Part shown: positions 6,979-10,563 of the stretch, in pieces | Layout: each line of letters starts with the position of its first letter | How positions within the stretch are numbered: the first letter of the stretch is position 1 | Assembly: GCA_038320275.1 (NCBI GenBank) | Contig: JBBQEB010000135.1 | Span: forward strand, 1-10,563 | Direction: 5' to 3' | Source: Myxococcales bacterium | GTDB lineage: Bacteria; Myxococcota; Myxococcia; Myxococcales; Anaeromyxobacteraceae | Length of the DNA stretch: 10,563 bases | The notes under the pieces: generated by a model | What the model was told of the DNA's origin: nothing | Seen by the model: the letters and a program-made list of their open reading frames with translations, nothing else | The model's database searches: none | Program-made: the position numbers and the translations under genes

Positions 6979-8784
6979 ATGATCGGCCTCGCAGCAGCCC
7001 TTGCCCTCGCCCTCTCGGCCCAGGCGCCGGCTCCGCCTTCCCCCGACGGTGGAGCGCCTTCTCCCCTGGCCAGCCCGGAAGCGAAGGCCCCGCGCCCCCT
7101 GGCGGCCTTCACGCGGCGCTACCTCGACGGCCTCTTCCGCGCGAAGCCGCACCTCGCGACGTACATGGGCGACCACCGCTTCGACTCCGAGCTGGCGCCG
7201 GCCTCCGAGGCCGCGCTCCGCGCCCGGGCGAAGGACCTCGAAGATCAGGGGAAGGAGCTGAAGGTCCTCTCCGGCGGCACGCTCTCACGGGATGAGCGCG
7301 TGGACGCTGCCATCCTCGCCGACGGCATCGCCCTCGAGCACCTCGAGCTCACCGACATCCGCGAGCACACCTGGAGCCCGCGACTGGTGGACTCCTTCAC
7401 GTACTACGACCCGCGGGAGACCGTCGCGGCGCGCCTCTCCGACATGATCCACGGCACCTACGCGCCCGAGGGGGAGCGTCGGTCCGCGGTCGCCGCGCAG
7501 CTCCGGCTCCTTCCGGCGTGGCTGGCGGAGCGGAAGAGGTCGCTCTCCGGCCCGGTGTCGAAGGTCCACCTCGATCAGGCGGTGAAGGACAACCGCGGGC
7601 GGATCGCGTTCTTCGGCTCCGAGCTGGCCGCGTTCACGAAGGGTGATGCGCCGGCCGAGGCTGCGCGGGTGGCCGCGGTGGAGGCGCTGCAGGGCTATCA
7701 GTCCTTCATGGAGCGGGAGCTCCCGGCCCGCGCCACTGCGCCCTGGCGGCTGGGGAGGGAGCGCTACGGTAAGAAGTTCCCGCTCGCGCTGCAGACCGAC
7801 CTCGCGCCGGAGGGGCTGACCCGCCTGGCCCGGGAGGACTTCGCGGCGGCCCGGCAGGAGCTCTTCGAGACCGCGCGGCGGCTGCACCGCGCGCTCTGGC
7901 CCCGCGAGCCCCAGCCGGCGGACGCGCTGCCCGCGGCGGAGCAGGGCCGGGTCATCGCGCGCGTGCGCGACGCGCTCGCCGAGGACCACCCAACGCGAGA
8001 CGGCCTGGTGCGCGCGAGCGCAGAGAAGCTGGAGGGGCTGCGAGCGTTCGTGGAGGCGAAGGGGCTCGTGACGCTTCCGCCACGCGAGACGCTCTCGGTC
8101 GAGGCGATGCCGGAGTTCAAGCGCGGCGGCGCGGGCGCGGAGTACCTCTCGCCGGGCGGGCTCGAGCCGGCGTCGGCCTTCCACGGCACGTACTTCGTCG
8201 AGCCGGTGGACCCCTCCTGGCCGGCCGGGAAGGTCGAGAGCTACCTGCGTTCCAACAACAGCTACGAGATCGCGCTCACGGCCGCGCACGAGGCGCTGCC
8301 CGGGCACCACACGCAGGCCTGGTGGGCGCGCCGCGATCCCTCCGCGCTGCGCGCCACCCTCTGGAGCGGCCCCTTCGCCGAGGGCTGGGCCGTCTACGGC
8401 ACGAGCCTCCTGGTGCGGCTCGGCTACGGCGGCGCCGAGAACGACCGCTACCGCTTCCTCGACCTGCAGGGGCGCATGATCGTGGCGGCGAACGCGGTGC
8501 TCGACGCCGGGCTGCAGGGCGGCGCGATGACCGACGAGGAGGCGCTGCGCTTCATGGTGGAGGACGGCTTCCAGGGTCGCGCCCAGGCGGAGAAGAAGCT
8601 CCTTCGCGCCAAGCTCGACTCGACCCAGCTCTGCCAGTACTTCCTCGGCTCCACGGAGCTTCTGCGGCTGGAGCGGGACGCGCGCGCGAAGGGCGCGTTC
8701 GATCAGCGCCGGTTCGACGAGGCGCTCCTCTCGCACGGGACCATCGCGGTGAAGCACCTGCGGGCGCTCTTGCTCGGCGGATGA
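6979..8784 (+). CDS. DUF885 family exported protein (putative zinc metallopeptidase-like), 601 aa
   Basis: AGGAG RBS at 6965-6969. Signal peptide MIGLAAALALALSAQA followed by a Pro-rich linker. DUF885-type motifs PHLATYMGDHRFD, HEALPGHH (HExxPGHH), FAEGWAVY, QLCQYFLG, FDEALLSHG. Confidence 0.92.
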   Translation: MIGLAAALALALSAQAPAPPSPDGGAPSPLASPEAKAPRPLAAFTRRYLDGLFRAKPHLATYMGDHRFDSELAPASEAALRARAKDLEDQGKELKVLSGGTLSRDERVDAAILADGIALEHLELTDIREHTWSPRLVDSFTYYDPRETVAARLSDMIHGTYAPEGERRSAVAAQLRLLPAWLAERKRSLSGPVSKVHLDQAVKDNRGRIAFFGSELAAFTKGDAPAEAARVAAVEALQGYQSFMERELPARATAPWRLGRERYGKKFPLALQTDLAPEGLTRLAREDFAAARQELFETARRLHRALWPREPQPADALPAAEQGRVIARVRDALAEDHPTRDGLVRASAEKLEGLRAFVEAKGLVTLPPRETLSVEAMPEFKRGGAGAEYLSPGGLEPASAFHGTYFVEPVDPSWPAGKVESYLRSNNSYEIALTAAHEALPGHHTQAWWARRDPSALRATLWSGPFAEGWAVYGTSLLVRLGYGGAENDRYRFLDLQGRMIVAANAVLDAGLQGGAMTDEEALRFMVEDGFQGRAQAEKKLLRAKLDSTQLCQYFLGSTELLRLERDARAKGAFDQRRFDEALLSHGTIAVKHLRALLLGG

Positions 8785-8815
8785 GCCCGCGGAGGTCCTC
8801 GCTCAGGCATGGTCC

Positions 8816-8838
8816 CGATCCGGTGAGGGATCGCCGGA
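8816..8838. terminator. Hairpin between the convergent DUF885 gene and rlmH; possible terminator lacking a U-tract
   Basis: TCCGGTGA-GGGA-TCGCCGGA (8819-8838, one G-U pair), with an alternative stem CGATCC-N6-GGATCG (8816-8833), in the 56-bp gap. No poly-T on either side. Confidence 0.35.
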
Positions 8839-8840
8839 CT

Positions 8841-9302
8841 TCACTTGTGATACGGCTCGCCACGGAGGATGGTGAAGGCGCGGTAGAGTTGCTCCACGAG
8901 CACGAGCCGCGCCAGCCGATGTGCCAGGGTGAGGCGCGAGAGCGCGAGCGTCTCGCCCGCTCGGGCCAGCACCTCCGGCGCGAGGCCGTCGGAGCCGCCG
9001 ATGACGAGGGCCACGTCGCGCGCCGCCTCGGTCCAGGCGCGAAGGCGTCCGGCGAGCTCGACGCTGGTGTGCTCGCGCCCGCGCTCGTCGAGCGCCACCA
9101 CCTGCTCGCGAGGGTCGAGCTTCGCGAGGAGCGCGGCGCCCTCCTCCTCCTTCGCGCGCGGCGTGCCGGCGTGCTTCCTCGCCTCGGGGACCTCCACCAG
9201 CTCGAACCGGGCGCAACGCCGGATGCGTCCTTCGTACTCGGCCACGGCCGGTGCGTAGAGGCCGGAGCGGTCCCGGCCCACCGCGAGGATGCGGAGCCTC
9301 AT
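8841..9302 (-). CDS. rlmH: 23S rRNA (pseudouridine1915-N3)-methyltransferase RlmH (SPOUT family), 153 aa
   Basis: Start ATG 9302 (MRLRILAVGR). Motifs EYEGRI, VVALDERG, VIGGSDGL, LSRLTLAHRLARLVLVEQLYRAFTILRGEPYHK. The length fits the family. Confidence 0.97.
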   Translation of the reverse strand: MRLRILAVGRDRSGLYAPAVAEYEGRIRRCARFELVEVPEARKHAGTPRAKEEEGAALLAKLDPREQVVALDERGREHTSVELAGRLRAWTEAARDVALVIGGSDGLAPEVLARAGETLALSRLTLAHRLARLVLVEQLYRAFTILRGEPYHK

Positions 9303-9943
9303 CGCGGGGCGGTGCAGCCCGCGCCGGAGAAGAAGGCCTCCTGGGGGTCGCGGCGGACGAGCGGCACCCCGCCCGAGGGCGCGGCGCCCTCGTCCGTGGC
9401 GGGCACGCCCGCCTCCGCTCCGGAGGCATCGAGGATGACATGCCGGCTCCAGGCGCCCTCCGACCCTGTTCCGCGCGCCATGGCCTCGCGGAGCCGTCCC
9501 TCCTCGTCGAACCACTCCTCGATCACCGCCCCGTCGGCGCGCTCCCGCAGCAGCTTGAAGACGACCCCCGCGCGATCGATCCAGCCGACGCGACGCAGGT
9601 CGCCGCCCGGGCACGGGGGGAAGGATTTGGCAGCTTCGGAGAGCTCGCCACCGGCGTGGCGCCGCTCCGTTTCGCGGGCGATCGCTCCCACTGGGCCAGA
9701 CACGGCAGTTGCCGAGGGGGGGCCGAGCTCCGGGCGGGACCGCCGCGCGGGCATCGTCGCGTGGGCGGACCGGGGCGCTGGCCGGGCCGACTCGTCGCTT
9801 CCACTCTTGCTCCCGTAGAGCTTCAGCCCCGCGACGACCGCAAGCGCAGCCAGGACGGTTCCCACGGCCACCTTCTTTGCGAACGCCCCGAGCCCCGCCA
9901 GGGGCGGATCTGGAACGGGTGGCTCGACCTCGTGCTCACTCAT
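9299..9943 (-). CDS. Hypothetical single-pass membrane protein (214 aa)
   Basis: ATG 9943 (MSEHEVEPP...). KK followed by the hydrophobic segment VAVGTVLAALAVVAGLKLYG, a low-complexity linker, then a globular-looking C-terminal domain (VGWIDRAGVVFKL...VIEEWFDEEGRLREA). Its TGA overlaps the rlmH ATG (ATGA, 9302-9299). Confidence 0.75.
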   Translation of the reverse strand: MSEHEVEPPVPDPPLAGLGAFAKKVAVGTVLAALAVVAGLKLYGSKSGSDESARPAPRSAHATMPARRSRPELGPPSATAVSGPVGAIARETERRHAGGELSEAAKSFPPCPGGDLRRVGWIDRAGVVFKLLRERADGAVIEEWFDEEGRLREAMARGTGSEGAWSRHVILDASGAEAGVPATDEGAAPSGGVPLVRRDPQEAFFSGAGCTAPR

Positions 9944-10058
9944 GGGCGAGTTGTAGCGCGTTGCCGGATTGGGAAAGGTGTTTCCTCGGGTGAGCACGGC
10001 GGCCGAGTGGCGAGCGGGCGGCCGCCCTCCATTTCACGGTAAGCGAGGAGGTACCACG

Positions 10059-10075
10059 CTGGCGCGCCGCTGGCA
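10059..10075 (+). promoter_or_regulatory. Candidate sigma-54 (-24/-12) promoter for the downstream lipoprotein gene
   Basis: CTGGCGCGCCGCTGGCA: GG(10061-62)-N10-GC(10073-74), compared with consensus TGGCACG-N4-TTGCW. It lies about 50 nt upstream of ATG 10125. Confidence 0.5.
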
Positions 10076-10124
10076 GGGCTGGCGCCCGACCCTGCGGTGC
10101 TCCTGCGCCTTGGGTGGAGATCAC

Positions 10125-10563
10125 ATGCCCAGCACCGTCAGCACCTCCGCTCCGCGCAGCACGCCGCGCTTCATCCTCGTCGCCGCCTTCGCTTTTGCGC
10201 TCACCGCCGCGGCCTGCAGCGGCGACAAGCCTTCTGGCACGGCTGACGCCGGAGCGTTGACCGACGGAGGCTCGACCGACGGCGGCTCCGACGCGGGGGA
10301 CGCAGGTGCTGGAGACGCGGGCAACGATGCGGGCATGGACGCAGGCACCGACGCGGGCCCGCTCGACGGCGGCCCGGTGGATGCGGGCCCGGTGGATGGT
10401 GGCCCGACCGACGGCGGCTCTGATGGCGGCACACCGGATGGAGGCGCTCCCGATGGCGGCCCGATTTTCGGCGGCCCCGGCCCTTGGCCCGTCACGAACC
10501 AGGTTTACGGGGTGGCGGACGGCATCCTCGAAGCGCCGGTGGTCGCCATGAGCACCGACGAGG
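10125..10563 (+). CDS. Predicted lipoprotein with a D-[AG]-G repeat linker, N-terminal 146 codons only (runs off the right edge)
   Basis: Translated by hand. GGAG RBS at 10116-10119. Reads MPSTVSTSAPRSTPRFILVAAFAFALTAAA-C(31)-SGDKPSGTADAG...PDGGPIFGGPGPWPVTNQVYGVADGILEAPVVAMSTDE. No stop in the window, so it is missing from the ORF track. Confidence 0.88.
   Translation, partial: MPSTVSTSAPRSTPRFILVAAFAFALTAAACSGDKPSGTADAGALTDGGSTDGGSDAGDAGAGDAGNDAGMDAGTDAGPLDGGPVDAGPVDGGPTDGGSDGGTPDGGAPDGGPIFGGPGPWPVTNQVYGVADGILEAPVVAMSTDE
10245..10460 (+). repeat. Coding low-complexity repeat: 16 D-[AG]-G tripeptides
   Basis: Counted 8 DAG and 8 DGG in 72 codons. Includes the exact DNA repeat GGCCCGGTGGATG at 10371-10383 and 10386-10398 (15-bp period). 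Confidence 0.9.

Noticed and set aside
5376..8757. ORFs 5376-7295 (+), 7285-8757 (-) and similar
   Set aside because: They are antisense to, or out of frame with, gpmI and the DUF885 gene, which carry clear family motifs.
8785..8870. rlmH 3' end as an integration site (as for orfX/SCCmec in staphylococci)
   Set aside because: No recombinase, no duplicated rlmH 3' sequence and no compositional shift were seen in the window.
9303..9614. 104-codon N-terminal extension of rlmH
   Set aside because: RlmH similarity begins at MRLRILAVG (9302). The extension is an alternative frame of the upstream hypothetical gene.
10121..10495. Minus-strand Pro/Ser-rich ORF (PPS/PAS repeats); also whether the repeat region is a CRISPR array
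   Set aside because: The ORF is the antisense mirror of the DGG/DAG repeats, and the plus frame has the RBS and lipobox. The repeats are 9-15-bp coding units without unique spacers.

Overview
Very GC-rich bacterial chromosomal window. The gene content and the D-[AG]-G-repeat lipoprotein suggest a myxobacterium, probably Anaeromyxobacter-like (inference). Eight credible CDSs, left to right: (1) the 5' part of a lipoprotein gene (<1-591, -; absent from the ORF track); (2) a 1247-aa exported protein with beta-sandwich, TPR, DUF3857 and transglutaminase-like domains (594-4337, -); (3) a ComF-family gene (4381-5247, -); (4) gpmI (5250-6800, -); (5) a DUF885 protein (6979-8784, +); (6) rlmH (8841-9302, -); (7) a membrane-anchored hypothetical protein coupled to rlmH (9299-9943, -); (8) the 5' part of a D-[AG]-G-repeat lipoprotein gene (10125->10563, +; absent from the ORF track), behind a candidate sigma-54 promoter. 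The most unusual feature is a ~190-bp hairpin-dense, REP/RPE-like element lying in frame inside comF (about 4726-4917). It has related hairpins at both ends and adds roughly 55-64 codons without breaking the gene. No rRNA, tRNA, CRISPR array, transposase or integrase was seen. The other long ORFs are GC-driven shadows. All domain calls come from motif recognition, not from database searches.
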